Shown here: positions 24,567-33,821 of the stretch, in pieces
Layout: each line of letters begins with the position of its first letter
Numbering within the stretch: position 1 is the first letter of the stretch
NCBI GenBank assembly: GCA_964558285.1
Contig: CAZLDK010000001.1
Location: forward strand, 1-46,669
Direction: 5' to 3'
From: an uncultured Spirochaetaceae bacterium
GTDB taxonomy: Bacteria > Spirochaetota > Spirochaetia > DSM-27196 > PWMO01
DNA: 46,669 nucleotides
Translations under genes and position numbers: made by a program
The notes under the pieces: model-generated
The model's input: only the letters and a program-made list of their open reading frames with translations
What the model was told of the DNA's origin: nothing
Databases searched by the model: none

Positions 24567-25983
24567 CTGGAATAGCCTGGGCGGCACCGTGTCCAACGTC
24601 CACCAGGCAACGACAGCCGGGACGGATCTCCAGACGAAATTGAAGGCGGCGGAGGAACGCTGTCGAGACCTGGAGCATCTTGTCCAACACGATCCTCAGA
24701 CCGGGCTACCGATACGGAAGCTCTTCGAGCGGCGCCTCGAAGGGCTACTCCAGGAATCGGAGGGAAAGCATCGACGCGTCGCGATCGCGGTGCTTCGTCT
24801 GAACAGGGATTACGAACGAATTCGGAACACTCGAGACCGGAGCCGGGCGCTTCTCTTTAAGACGGCACTTCGGATTCGAAGTGTTATCGGGGATAACATC
24901 TATCAGTCCGACCGATTCGACGAGTTTCTCCTGGTGATGCCCGCCACCGGAGACGGTGATGCCCTTCGAATCGTCGCCTCCCGTCTCGTTGAGGAAATCG
25001 GCCGACCCCACGAGCCGCCGGCCCAGGATGTCGTGTTCGGCTGCCACCTCGGGCTCTCTACGCAGTTGCGGCGCGATATGTCCCGCTACGACCTCGTGGC
25101 CAACGCCTTCGTCGCTCTCGATGAGGCGGAGGGCAGGGGTGAGTCTTACGTTCTCTACGAAGACGAGCTCGGGTCACGCTTCCGGGAGCGGGAACTCATA
25201 ACGCAGCATCTGAGGACCTCGATCCAGGAGGGGTTCCCCGGCTTTCGGATGGTCTACCAGCCCTTCGTCGATTCGGAGTCCCGCATTACCGGCGCCGAAG
25301 CGCTTATCCGGTGGCACCACGAGCAGATGGGGCATGTCGCGCCGGGACGTTTCATCCCCCTCGCCGAACAGAGCGGTGACATACGGTTCGTTGGGCAGTG
25401 GACCCTCTATAACGCCTGCCGGGATCTGAAGAAGTGGCGCGACGAACATCGAAAGGATATCCATGTCTCGGTCAACCTCTCCCCTGCCCAGTTCAAACAG
25501 CTCGACGTCGTGGACCGCATTTTCTCGATGGTCGAGGCGACCGGCGTCGATCCGGAAGCCCTCCGACTGGAGATTACCGAAGGCGCAGCGATGCAGAACC
25601 CTGAGGATTCGATTCAGAAGCTCGAAAGACTCCGGGAGGGAGGTATCCGGATCTCGATCGACGACTTCGGAACAGGTTACTCCTCCTTAAGCTACCTAAA
25701 ACAGTTTCCGATCGACACCTTGAAGATCGATCGCTCCTTCGTTACCGATGTCGTCGAAAACCGTGGGAACCAGGCCATTGTCAGGGCAATCGTCTCCATG
25801 GCTCGCAATTTGGGAATCGAGACTCTGGCCGAGGGGGCGGAGACGGAGGCGGAAGCAGCCTTCCTCTTCGACGCCGGGTGCGACAAAATTCAGGGCTACT
25901 ACTACTCTCCACCGGTCGATGCTCTTCGGTTCGAGCGTTACCTGACCGGAGCGGACGCCCTTGCGGGGAGCCCGACTAGATGA
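24550..25983 (+). CDS. Degenerate GGDEF domain plus EAL domain protein (probable c-di-GMP phosphodiesterase)
   Basis: 477 aa. The GGDEF-fold region has SDRFDEF in place of GG(D/E)EF. Intact EAL signatures are EALIRW, DDFGTGYSSLSYL, KIDRSF and EGAETE. The start is uncertain (TTG 24550, GTG 24589 or TTG 24640). Confidence 0.84.
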   Translation: MTGSFNWNSLGGTVSNVHQATTAGTDLQTKLKAAEERCRDLEHLVQHDPQTGLPIRKLFERRLEGLLQESEGKHRRVAIAVLRLNRDYERIRNTRDRSRALLFKTALRIRSVIGDNIYQSDRFDEFLLVMPATGDGDALRIVASRLVEEIGRPHEPPAQDVVFGCHLGLSTQLRRDMSRYDLVANAFVALDEAEGRGESYVLYEDELGSRFRERELITQHLRTSIQEGFPGFRMVYQPFVDSESRITGAEALIRWHHEQMGHVAPGRFIPLAEQSGDIRFVGQWTLYNACRDLKKWRDEHRKDIHVSVNLSPAQFKQLDVVDRIFSMVEATGVDPEALRLEITEGAAMQNPEDSIQKLERLREGGIRISIDDFGTGYSSLSYLKQFPIDTLKIDRSFVTDVVENRGNQAIVRAIVSMARNLGIETLAEGAETEAEAAFLFDAGCDKIQGYYYSPPVDALRFERYLTGADALAGSPTR

Positions 25984-27494
25984 TCTGCTTGAGCACCACG
26001 CACGGGACCCTCCAAGGTGCGGTCGACGCTCTCCGGCGGAACGCGAGGTGGGTCGAGGCGGTGGAGCTCCGGGCGGACTTCCTCGACGACTCCGAGAAGC
26101 ACCGCGTCGGAGAGTTTCCCTCCCTGGTAGAAGACGCCCTCGGGCACCGGGTGCCTTCGATACTCACGCTTCGGCGGCGTCGGGACGGCGGTCGGTACGA
26201 CGGTGACGAGACCGAACGCCTGGCTCTTCTGCGAGGGTGGCTCACCCGGGGAGGGCGGGGAAGAGACGCTGAAAGGAGGTTCGACTTTGTCGATATCGAA
26301 GAGGACCTTATCGAAGACGCCGAGGCGCGGCGACTGGTATCCGGGTTCCCCGGCCGTGTCATCCGTTCCTTCCACGACACCCGCGGGACACCGGTAGACC
26401 TTGCCGGCCTCTTCGAACGGCTCTCGACCTACGGGGACGAGATACCGAAGCTCGCGGTCCGGGTTTCCGGCTCCCGAGACGTTCACCGAGTCATAGAGCT
26501 AATGGTCCGAACCTTGGGGCGACCCCGGATCGTCCTGGGAATGGGAGAGTTCGGTTTTCCGACCCGGATACTGGGGAAGCGGTTCGGCTGCTTTCTGAGC
26601 TACACCTCCGACCTCGATGCGCCGGGAACCGCCGAAGCAGCGCCGGGTCACCTCTCTCCCCGGGCGCTCGCCGAACAGTTCTTCTATCCGAAGATAGACG
26701 AGGATACGGCTCTTTTCGGGATTATCGGAAACCCCGTGCTTCACTCCCGCTCGCCGGTCTACCATACGGCGGCCTTCCGGGACGCAGGGTTAAACGGCCT
26801 CTACCTCCCCTTTCCCGCCGACGACCTCGACGCCTTCTTCGAGACCGCGGAGGTTCTAAACCTTCGGGGTCTCTCGGTGACCATACCGCACAAAGAACCG
26901 GTACGGCGCTTTTTAGCCTCGGAGGAGCCCGGGGTCGCCGGGGCCGGGGCCTGCAACACGGTTCTCCGAGAGCCCGACGGGTGGCACGGCACCAACACCG
27001 ACGTCCCGGGGTTCGTCGAGCCGCTCTTGGAGACCCTCCGGGACGCTCGGGGAAGCGCGGCCTTAGGAGGGCTTCGGGCAACGGTAGTGGGTGCCGGAGG
27101 CGCGGCCCGGGGTGCGGTCTACGCCCTTCGCGGAGGCGGCGCCGAGGTGCTTATCTTGAATCGGACCGTCGCAAAAGCGGAGGCTATCGCCCGGGATCTC
27201 GGAGGCTCCGTCGCCGTCGCCGGAATAGACGCCGCGGGTATCTCCCGCTCGGAGGGGTACCGAGACATCGTCGTCCAGACGACGAGCGTCGGGATGACGC
27301 CAAAGGTCGACGAGGACCCCTTGCCGGGGTTTCGCTTCCGGGGCTCCGAGGTCGTCTACGACCTGGTGTACACCCCCGAGAAGACCCGGTTTCTCACCCG
27401 GGCGCAGGAAGCGGGGTGCACGATTCTATCGGGAATGGCGATGTTCCGCCGACAGGCGGAGCTGCAACAGGAGCTCTTTCGCACCCGGTTTTGA
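25980..27494 (+). CDS. aroDE: Bifunctional 3-dehydroquinate dehydratase (type I) / shikimate 5-dehydrogenase fusion
   Basis: 504 aa. The N-terminal half is type I DHQase-like (VELRADFLD ... MGEFGFPTRILG). The C-terminal half is AroE (FGIIGNPVLHSRSPVYH, VVGAGGAARGAVYAL). ATGA overlap with the upstream stop. Confidence 0.86.
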   Translation: MICLSTTHGTLQGAVDALRRNARWVEAVELRADFLDDSEKHRVGEFPSLVEDALGHRVPSILTLRRRRDGGRYDGDETERLALLRGWLTRGGRGRDAERRFDFVDIEEDLIEDAEARRLVSGFPGRVIRSFHDTRGTPVDLAGLFERLSTYGDEIPKLAVRVSGSRDVHRVIELMVRTLGRPRIVLGMGEFGFPTRILGKRFGCFLSYTSDLDAPGTAEAAPGHLSPRALAEQFFYPKIDEDTALFGIIGNPVLHSRSPVYHTAAFRDAGLNGLYLPFPADDLDAFFETAEVLNLRGLSVTIPHKEPVRRFLASEEPGVAGAGACNTVLREPDGWHGTNTDVPGFVEPLLETLRDARGSAALGGLRATVVGAGGAARGAVYALRGGGAEVLILNRTVAKAEAIARDLGGSVAVAGIDAAGISRSEGYRDIVVQTTSVGMTPKVDEDPLPGFRFRGSEVVYDLVYTPEKTRFLTRAQEAGCTILSGMAMFRRQAELQQELFRTRF

Positions 27495-27510
27495 GTGCCC
27501 CGGCGGTCGC

Positions 27511-29484
27511 CTATCGTGAGATCAAGAAGCCGCGAAGGCGCCTCACCAGCGAAATCTTCTCCACCGGCAACGACACCTGTTCCCCGTCGAAGCCCAATCC
27601 CTTGAGGAGGAGCCGACTTCCCCGCTTTTCGAGCTCCTCCGGCCGCAGCCGCATCTGTACCGGCTCGCCGCTGCTGCTCTTGACGACGACCTCGAGGGTC
27701 TCGTCACCCTCCCGGAGGGCCTGCTCGATAACCCGGACCTTGCCGACGTAGTCGAGGCCCCGGGCTTCCTGTCGATCGCGGCTCCCGATGTCGAAGGAAA
27801 GCTGTTTGGAGAAGAGGATAAGCTTCTTCTCGATCCGAAGTGCCATCTCCTTCTCCACGTCCGGAGCCAGCTTTCGGGAGCGTAGCTCTTTCATTAAGGA
27901 CGCAGTCGTACTCTTCTCTTCGCGCTTCTTTCGTTTGGTGCGATCGGAGCTCTCTAGGAGGGGACGAAGTTTGGAGGAGCCCGCCGACGGCTGCGGCTTC
28001 GCCCACCGGACGTACCGATTGCCCCCGGAGCGGTTCCTCGGGAGATGGGGGAAGCCGAGGTCTGCAAGGAGAAGTCGCCATTCCTGCTCCCGCCGGGGAT
28101 CGAGGAGGTAGACCCCCGGAGCCGGGGTGCTCAGAACGTAGTCGTTAAAGGCGTCGTTGCCGTCGAGAAAGGCGCGGCGGTCGTGGTCGACGGTCAACAC
28201 GGCGGCGAAGGTCAGGCTTAGCTTCGACCGCTCAGAAAGCCAGGAATCGAGGTTGAAGGCGAGACTCTGAGGGAGCTCTTGGGTCCCAAGCTCCGTGAGA
28301 ATCCCTGGGAGCTCTTGGATCGGAAAGCCCCGCTGGTCGGCCATCGCGATCGACTCTCGGGTAATCTCGTAGGTTCCGACCACGTCGTGTCGCCGGAGAA
28401 GTCCGCAGAGGGCGATGGGGAGCCCCTCGCCGAAGCGTATACCCCTTGCGAGGGTAACCTCGTTTCCCGCCTGGATCGTCAAGGGGCTTTCCGCCGCTTC
28501 CGGGTTCCCCGCCGACGGTCGGAACCAGCCTTCCGCCGGCCTGCCCTGGGAAGGCGTCAATAGTCCGACGGTTACCAGATGCTCCGCTATGCTCTCCCAG
28601 CTTACCCGACGCCGGCTCCGAAGGTGGTGAATCACCCGAAGGGCGCTTTCCTTGTATTCCCGATCCGGGGATAGCTCGTCCATCATAGCGACGACGGCGT
28701 CGGCGACCGCCTCATCGGATTCACCCGGCCGGCCTGCGAGGGCCGCTACGACAAGAGCGAGTCGCTCCACATGCTCGAGATCGCCGAAGCGCCGGAGAAT
28801 CGGGAGATTCGGAACAAGGGAGCCGTCTTCTTCTTCCAGGAGGCTCAGCGTGATGAGCCCTCGGATAAGTGCGGCGATTTCACCGGGGTCGCCCTCTGCG
28901 AGGGCCGGAATCGCTCCGGTTATGTCGGCGAGCTCCCGCTTCGTCAGACTCCTTTTGACAACCGCCGGCCCTACCGAGGTTCCCGCAACCGCGACGAGAG
29001 CCAGAAGCAGACCGTCGGTTATCCAGGGGAGTGTCGGCGCTCCCGAGGCTCCCCGAATCTCGACGAGCAGCGTGGGGTCGAGGACCTCCTCGGAGAGGCG
29101 AGGCTCAAGAATGGGGTTCAGGTAGAGTACCTCGGTGTCGAGGTCTCGGAAGAGGAGAAGACGGTCTTCGAGATTGCGCAGCTGCTCGTGGAGGCTCAGG
29201 AAGGAGACGGATTCGGGAAAGAGGTCGCTCAAGTCGGCGAGGGTCGGTCGCGACAGGAGGGCGACAGCGGTAATCGCCCGGGCATCCTCTCGGTCTATCG
29301 CTCGGATAATCGCTTCCTGTACCTCCTCCCCTTTCAGGTAGCGGGTAAGGCGGTTTATGAGATCGTGTTTGTTGTAAGGCGTCTCGACTTTGCCGAGATA
29401 GTTGCGCATCAGGTCGAGAAAGGCGCTGTCGGAGAGGCGCAAGAGGCGGCTTCGCCAGGCCTCTAAGTGTGGTTCGATTCCCAT
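27511..29484 (-). CDS. XPB-associated large protein (helicase-associated 'Helicase_C_3'-like N-terminus); function unknown
   Basis: 657 aa. Its start overlaps the XPB stop by 22 nt. I recognised no nuclease or NTPase motif. The K/R-rich segment and C-terminal domain are uncharacterised. The family assignment comes from memory of bacterial XPB neighbourhoods. Confidence 0.6.
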   Translation of the reverse strand: MGIEPHLEAWRSRLLRLSDSAFLDLMRNYLGKVETPYNKHDLINRLTRYLKGEEVQEAIIRAIDREDARAITAVALLSRPTLADLSDLFPESVSFLSLHEQLRNLEDRLLLFRDLDTEVLYLNPILEPRLSEEVLDPTLLVEIRGASGAPTLPWITDGLLLALVAVAGTSVGPAVVKRSLTKRELADITGAIPALAEGDPGEIAALIRGLITLSLLEEEDGSLVPNLPILRRFGDLEHVERLALVVAALAGRPGESDEAVADAVVAMMDELSPDREYKESALRVIHHLRSRRRVSWESIAEHLVTVGLLTPSQGRPAEGWFRPSAGNPEAAESPLTIQAGNEVTLARGIRFGEGLPIALCGLLRRHDVVGTYEITRESIAMADQRGFPIQELPGILTELGTQELPQSLAFNLDSWLSERSKLSLTFAAVLTVDHDRRAFLDGNDAFNDYVLSTPAPGVYLLDPRREQEWRLLLADLGFPHLPRNRSGGNRYVRWAKPQPSAGSSKLRPLLESSDRTKRKKREEKSTTASLMKELRSRKLAPDVEKEMALRIEKKLILFSKQLSFDIGSRDRQEARGLDYVGKVRVIEQALREGDETLEVVVKSSSGEPVQMRLRPEELEKRGSRLLLKGLGFDGEQVSLPVEKISLVRRLRGFLISR

Positions 29485-31139
29485 AACGAAATGCTGTAGC
29501 GATAGCCTTGTTCGGTCAGGAACTTCTGGCGGTTCGCTGCAAACTCCTCTTCGACGGTGTATCGGGTCACGATCGTGTAGAAGAAGGCGGGGCCATTCTT
29601 AGGTCGTAGGATACGACCGAGGCGCTGCGCTTCCTCCTGACGGGAGCCAAAGGTCCCGGAAAGCTGAATAGCCACCGAGGCGTCCGGCAGGTCGATGGCA
29701 AAATTGGCCACCTTGGAGACGACGAGGACCCGAATCTCGCCCTCTCGGAACCGTTGGTACAGTTCATCCCGGGTCTTGTTGGGGGTCTGCCCGGTAATAA
29801 TCGGCATCCCCAGATCCTCGGAGATGGTTTTGAGTTGCGAGAGGTACTGCCCGATGACGAGAATCGACCTCTCGGCGTGCTTTTCGACCAACTGGCGGGT
29901 TATCTGAATCTTGTCCGGATTCTCACTCGCCATCCGGAACTTTTCCCGGCGGTTGGCGACGGAGTAGCGGCCCCGAATGTTCTCCGGAAGGTCGAGGCGA
30001 ATCTCCTGACAGACCGCCTCGGCGATCCACCCCTGCTGCTCGAGCTGCTTCCAGGGGGCATCGTAGCGTTTTGGCCCTACAAGGGCAAAGACATCCCCCT
30101 CCCGGCCGTCCTCCCGGACCAGGGTAGCCGTCAGGCCGAGGCGACGCCGGGCTTGAATCTCAGCGGTTATCCGGAAGACCGGCGCCGGGAGCAAGTGAAC
30201 CTCGTCGTAGACAATAAGTCCCCAGTTCCGCCTCCGGAAGAGGTCGAAATGGGGAAAGGGCCCGTCGGTGTCCCGGCGCCAGACGAGGATCTGGTAGGTC
30301 GCGATTGTTATCGGACGAACCTCCTTTACGTCGCCGGAGTACTCTCCGATATCCTCCTCGGTAAGCTCCGTCTTTTCCAGAATCTCCCGGATCCACTGGT
30401 GCGTCGCCGAGACGTTCGATGTCAGGATGAGGGTGTTCGTCGCCAGGGCGGACATGACCGAAAGCCCGACGATGGTCTTGCCGGCACCGCAGGGCAGCAC
30501 GACGCTGCCGTAACCGCTTCCCGGGCGTCCGTCGCCGAGAAAGCTTGCCGCCGCTTGGGCCTGGTAGTCGCGGATATCAAAGCGCCTACCGTTCGGGAGC
30601 GTCTCCTTAAGCGGTATGGCCAGCGGGTCTCCCTTTACCAAGGGGGCTTCGTCCTTGACGGGGTAACCGTGCTCCATCATTCGCTGTTTGACCGTTCCGC
30701 GATCCTCCAGGGCGATGCGAAACCCCCGGTCCCACTCCCCTCGAAAGAGTTTCGCGAGGTCCTTCTGGTTGGCCAGCTCTCGTCGGACCTCCGGGTCGTC
30801 GACCTCCAAAGAGAGAAGACCGTCCTCTTCCTCCGGTCGGAGACGGACGGTTCCAAACCGGTCGATAGTCTCTCGAATGTCGTATTCGATGCTTTCGGGG
30901 ACCGGATACCGGGAGAGCCCCCGCAAGGTCTCCAGTACGTAGTCGGCGGTCAATCCGACCGCCGCGGCGTTCCAGAGCGAAAGCGGTGTAATGCGATAGG
31001 TGTGGAGGTGCTCCGGACTCTTGACCAGCTCGGCGAAGGGAGCGATCCCGTCGCGACCCGCCTCGTACCCTTCGTCGTGTACGTCAAGGAGAACGGTTTT
31101 GTCACTCTGTACTATTAGGGGGCCCGTTTGTCGATCCAC
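29463..31139 (-). CDS. xpb: XPB/ERCC3/Ssl2-type SF2 DNA helicase
   Basis: 558 aa. Walker A VLPCGAGKT, motif II DEVH, XPB-specific RED motif in GLTATLVREDGRE, motif VI QRLGRILR. The N-terminus is like the XPB damage-recognition domain. Confidence 0.9.
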   Translation of the reverse strand: MDRQTGPLIVQSDKTVLLDVHDEGYEAGRDGIAPFAELVKSPEHLHTYRITPLSLWNAAAVGLTADYVLETLRGLSRYPVPESIEYDIRETIDRFGTVRLRPEEEDGLLSLEVDDPEVRRELANQKDLAKLFRGEWDRGFRIALEDRGTVKQRMMEHGYPVKDEAPLVKGDPLAIPLKETLPNGRRFDIRDYQAQAAASFLGDGRPGSGYGSVVLPCGAGKTIVGLSVMSALATNTLILTSNVSATHQWIREILEKTELTEEDIGEYSGDVKEVRPITIATYQILVWRRDTDGPFPHFDLFRRRNWGLIVYDEVHLLPAPVFRITAEIQARRRLGLTATLVREDGREGDVFALVGPKRYDAPWKQLEQQGWIAEAVCQEIRLDLPENIRGRYSVANRREKFRMASENPDKIQITRQLVEKHAERSILVIGQYLSQLKTISEDLGMPIITGQTPNKTRDELYQRFREGEIRVLVVSKVANFAIDLPDASVAIQLSGTFGSRQEEAQRLGRILRPKNGPAFFYTIVTRYTVEEEFAANRQKFLTEQGYRYSISLWESNHT

Positions 31140-31172
31140 AAACCTAGAAGCTACCCATCACGGTAGGCAAGA

Positions 31173-32399
31173 TCAACTGTCGAGCCCGGCTTCGGACAGC
31201 TGTTCCAGTACGGAAAGGGCCAGGGCCGCCATGGTTGCCGCTCCGAGGGGGATTGCCCGGTCCGATGCCCGGAGCCGGGGCGAGTGAAGCGGCTCCGGCG
31301 CGTCGCCGAGAGAAGGCTCCCAGACCCCGAGTTGGTAGAAACAGCCGGGCACGACCTCGGCGTAGTACGCGAAGTCTTCCCCGCCGAGGGTTATCGGCGG
31401 CTCCGGTGTTCCGTCTACCCAGGGGAGAGCGGCGCAGACCTGCCGGGCCCGGTCGGTAAGCGGCGGATCGTTGGACAGGGAAGGGTATCCCCGTTGTATC
31501 TCCACATCGGCGGTACAGCCGTAGGCTGCGGTTACCTCGCGTGTTATCCGGGCTATTTCTCCGAGTGCCCTCTCCCGCCACTCTCCCGAAAGGGTTCGAA
31601 AGGTGCCCAGAAGAGAGACGCTATCCGGCACGATGTTGGTTCCGCCGTCGGCGAGGACCTTTCCGATGGAGAGGACAGAGGGAACCGAAGGGGGGGATAC
31701 TCTGCCCGCCAGGTGCTGCAGGGCCACCAGAAGGGCTCCGGTAGCGATAACCGGGTCCGCGAGGCGGTCCGGATGGGCCGCATGGCCCCCTCTGCCGTGG
31801 ACCACAATCGAAAGGTCGTCGACCGAAGCCATGAAGCGCCCGGCGCGAAATCCGAAGTTCCCAACCGAAAGGCTCGTGTCGATGTGCTGCCCGAGAATTG
31901 CCTTCGGCCGGGGATTCTCGAGAACGTCCTCCGCGATGAGGGTTGCTGCCCCGCCGGGTATCTGCTCCTCACCGGGCTGGAAGATAAGCCGGATACCGCC
32001 GCGGCGTGCCGCTGACGGGTCGATCTTCGGTGAGAGGAGGAGGGCTGCGCCGAGGAGACAGCTCGTGTGGATATCGTGGCCGCAGGCGTGCATTACGCCG
32101 GGATTCTGACTCTCGAAGGGAAGCCCGGTAAGCTCCCGGATTGGCAGGGCGTCGATGTCGGCCCGGAGGGCGACGCAGGGCTCCATGCCGTCCAATCCGG
32201 GGAGGTCCGCGACAACCCCGGTCTTTCCAAGGCGCCGAGAGGGAATCTCCTCCTCGGCGAGGAACTCTTCTATCCTTCCCGCAGTGCGCTCTTCCTCGAA
32301 GGAGAGCTCGGGGAACCGGTGGAGATCGTGCCGGAAGGCGATCAGACGGTCGGAAAGAGTCTCCGCACGATGGAAGAGTGATGGGGAGTCCACGGTCAC
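31173..32399 (-). CDS. M20D-family amidohydrolase (N-acyl-L-amino-acid amidohydrolase / hippurate hydrolase-like)
   Basis: Motifs FRHDLHRFPELSFEE, HACGHDIHTS and GGEDFAYY. The start is placed at GTG 32399 (32393 is also possible). The ORF-track TTG at 32462 would leave under 25 bp to the divergent PhoH-like gene. Confidence 0.82.
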   Translation of the reverse strand: MTVDSPSLFHRAETLSDRLIAFRHDLHRFPELSFEEERTAGRIEEFLAEEEIPSRRLGKTGVVADLPGLDGMEPCVALRADIDALPIRELTGLPFESQNPGVMHACGHDIHTSCLLGAALLLSPKIDPSAARRGGIRLIFQPGEEQIPGGAATLIAEDVLENPRPKAILGQHIDTSLSVGNFGFRAGRFMASVDDLSIVVHGRGGHAAHPDRLADPVIATGALLVALQHLAGRVSPPSVPSVLSIGKVLADGGTNIVPDSVSLLGTFRTLSGEWRERALGEIARITREVTAAYGCTADVEIQRGYPSLSNDPPLTDRARQVCAALPWVDGTPEPPITLGGEDFAYYAEVVPGCFYQLGVWEPSLGDAPEPLHSPRLRASDRAIPLGAATMAALALSVLEQLSEAGLDS

Positions 32400-32482
32400 A
32401 CCATACTTTACTGCCGGAACTGCGACAATCCACCACCGAAAGCTTGGAAGTCGTCGCGCCAAGAGATATAGTGAGAGAGGCA

Positions 32483-33784
32483 GTGCCTAACACCGACAAA
32501 ATCTTCGTCATAGACACAAACGTTCTCATACACCGCCCCGACGCCATCTTGAGCTTTCGCGACAACGAGGTAGTCGTTCCGCTCTGGGTGCTCGAGGAGC
32601 TCGATCGTCTCAAGACCTACAGCGACGAGCGGGGTCGAAACGCCCGTCACGCGATCCGCTTTCTCGACGAAGCCGGGCGGCTGGGTAACCTGAGTCAAGG
32701 CGTCAGAATCGAAAACAACATTACCCTTCGGGTTAGTCTGACCCGGCCGGAGCCGGCGGATCAGGCGCTCCTGGAGGACAAGGCGGATAACAAGATTATC
32801 TTGACCGCCTACAGCATGATGGCGGAGGGGCGTCGGGTCTTTTTTGTCTCGAAGGACATCAACGCCAGGGTCAAAGCCACTGCCCTGGGCATCAAAGCCG
32901 TCGACTACGAAAAGCAGAAGATAAACATCGACAAGCTCTATTCGGGGTTTACCGAGCTCGACGGTGGTGAAGATAACCTCCGGACCCTTCGACAGGGGCA
33001 CGTCCTGCCCTGGTCGGAGCAGCTGCACCCGAACCATTTCGTGCTGTTTCGGGATCGTCATCACGAGGACACCGTCCTGACGCGGTACCATCACGAGACC
33101 GGAGATCTTCACTACGTCGACTATAAGATGCCTTCAATCGCCGGGGTCCGGGCGCTCAACGATGAGCAGCGGATGGCGATGGAGCTGCTCCTCGACGAAT
33201 CGATCAACCTGGTGAGTCTAGTGGGTAAGGCCGGTACCGGGAAGACTCTCCTGGCGATCGCCGCGGGGCTCAAGATGACCATGGAGGACCGGAAGTACAG
33301 CCGTGTCCTGGTGAGTAGACCGGTCATTCCCATGGGAAAGGATATCGGATACCTTCCGGGGGCAAAGAACGAGAAACTCTCCCACTGGATGCAACCCCTC
33401 TTCGACAACCTGGAGTACCTGCTGTCGGTCTACAAGCGGCAGAATGTCAAGAACGTGGAACAGCTACTCAACACCCGGGTCATCGAGCTCGAAGCCCTCA
33501 CCTACATCCGAGGGCGTTCGCTTCCGGGGCAGTTCATTATCATCGACGAGGCCCAGAACCTGTCCCCCCACGAGATAAAGACCATCGTTTCCCGAGCGGG
33601 AGAGGCGTCGAAGGTAGTTCTTACGGGAGATCCGTACCAGATCGACAGCCCGTATCTCGACGCCAGCTCGAACGGCCTGTCGTTTCTGATAGAAACGTTC
33701 AAAGGGCAGGAGATATTCGGTCATGTTACGCTCTCCAAAAGCGAACGGAGCAGGCTCGCCGAGTTGGCAGCCGAGCTTCTCTAA
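32483..33784 (+). CDS. PIN-domain plus PhoH-like ATPase (PhoH2-type)
   Basis: N-terminal PIN domain (FVIDTNVLIHRPDAILSF...VLEELDRLK). PhoH P-loop GKAGTGKTLLAIAAG and IIIDEAQNL. The start is GTG 32483 or 32471; the ORF-track N-terminal 110 aa is an Arg-rich read-through antisense to the neighbouring gene. Confidence 0.87.
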   Translation: MPNTDKIFVIDTNVLIHRPDAILSFRDNEVVVPLWVLEELDRLKTYSDERGRNARHAIRFLDEAGRLGNLSQGVRIENNITLRVSLTRPEPADQALLEDKADNKIILTAYSMMAEGRRVFFVSKDINARVKATALGIKAVDYEKQKINIDKLYSGFTELDGGEDNLRTLRQGHVLPWSEQLHPNHFVLFRDRHHEDTVLTRYHHETGDLHYVDYKMPSIAGVRALNDEQRMAMELLLDESINLVSLVGKAGTGKTLLAIAAGLKMTMEDRKYSRVLVSRPVIPMGKDIGYLPGAKNEKLSHWMQPLFDNLEYLLSVYKRQNVKNVEQLLNTRVIELEALTYIRGRSLPGQFIIIDEAQNLSPHEIKTIVSRAGEASKVVLTGDPYQIDSPYLDASSNGLSFLIETFKGQEIFGHVTLSKSERSRLAELAAELL

Positions 33785-33821
33785 AGCTCATCAAAGATCA
33801 ACACATATCGCTTAAGGGTTC

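Noticed and set aside
22977-24596. 539-aa minus-strand ORF antisense to the lipoprotein 3' end and the GNAT gene
   Set aside because: It is a shadow ORF. The plus strand carries the GNAT acetyl-CoA motif and consistent operon coupling.
29754-31118. 454-aa plus-strand ORF antisense to the XPB helicase
   Set aside because: The minus strand encodes all the SF2/XPB motifs. The plus-strand product is low-complexity.
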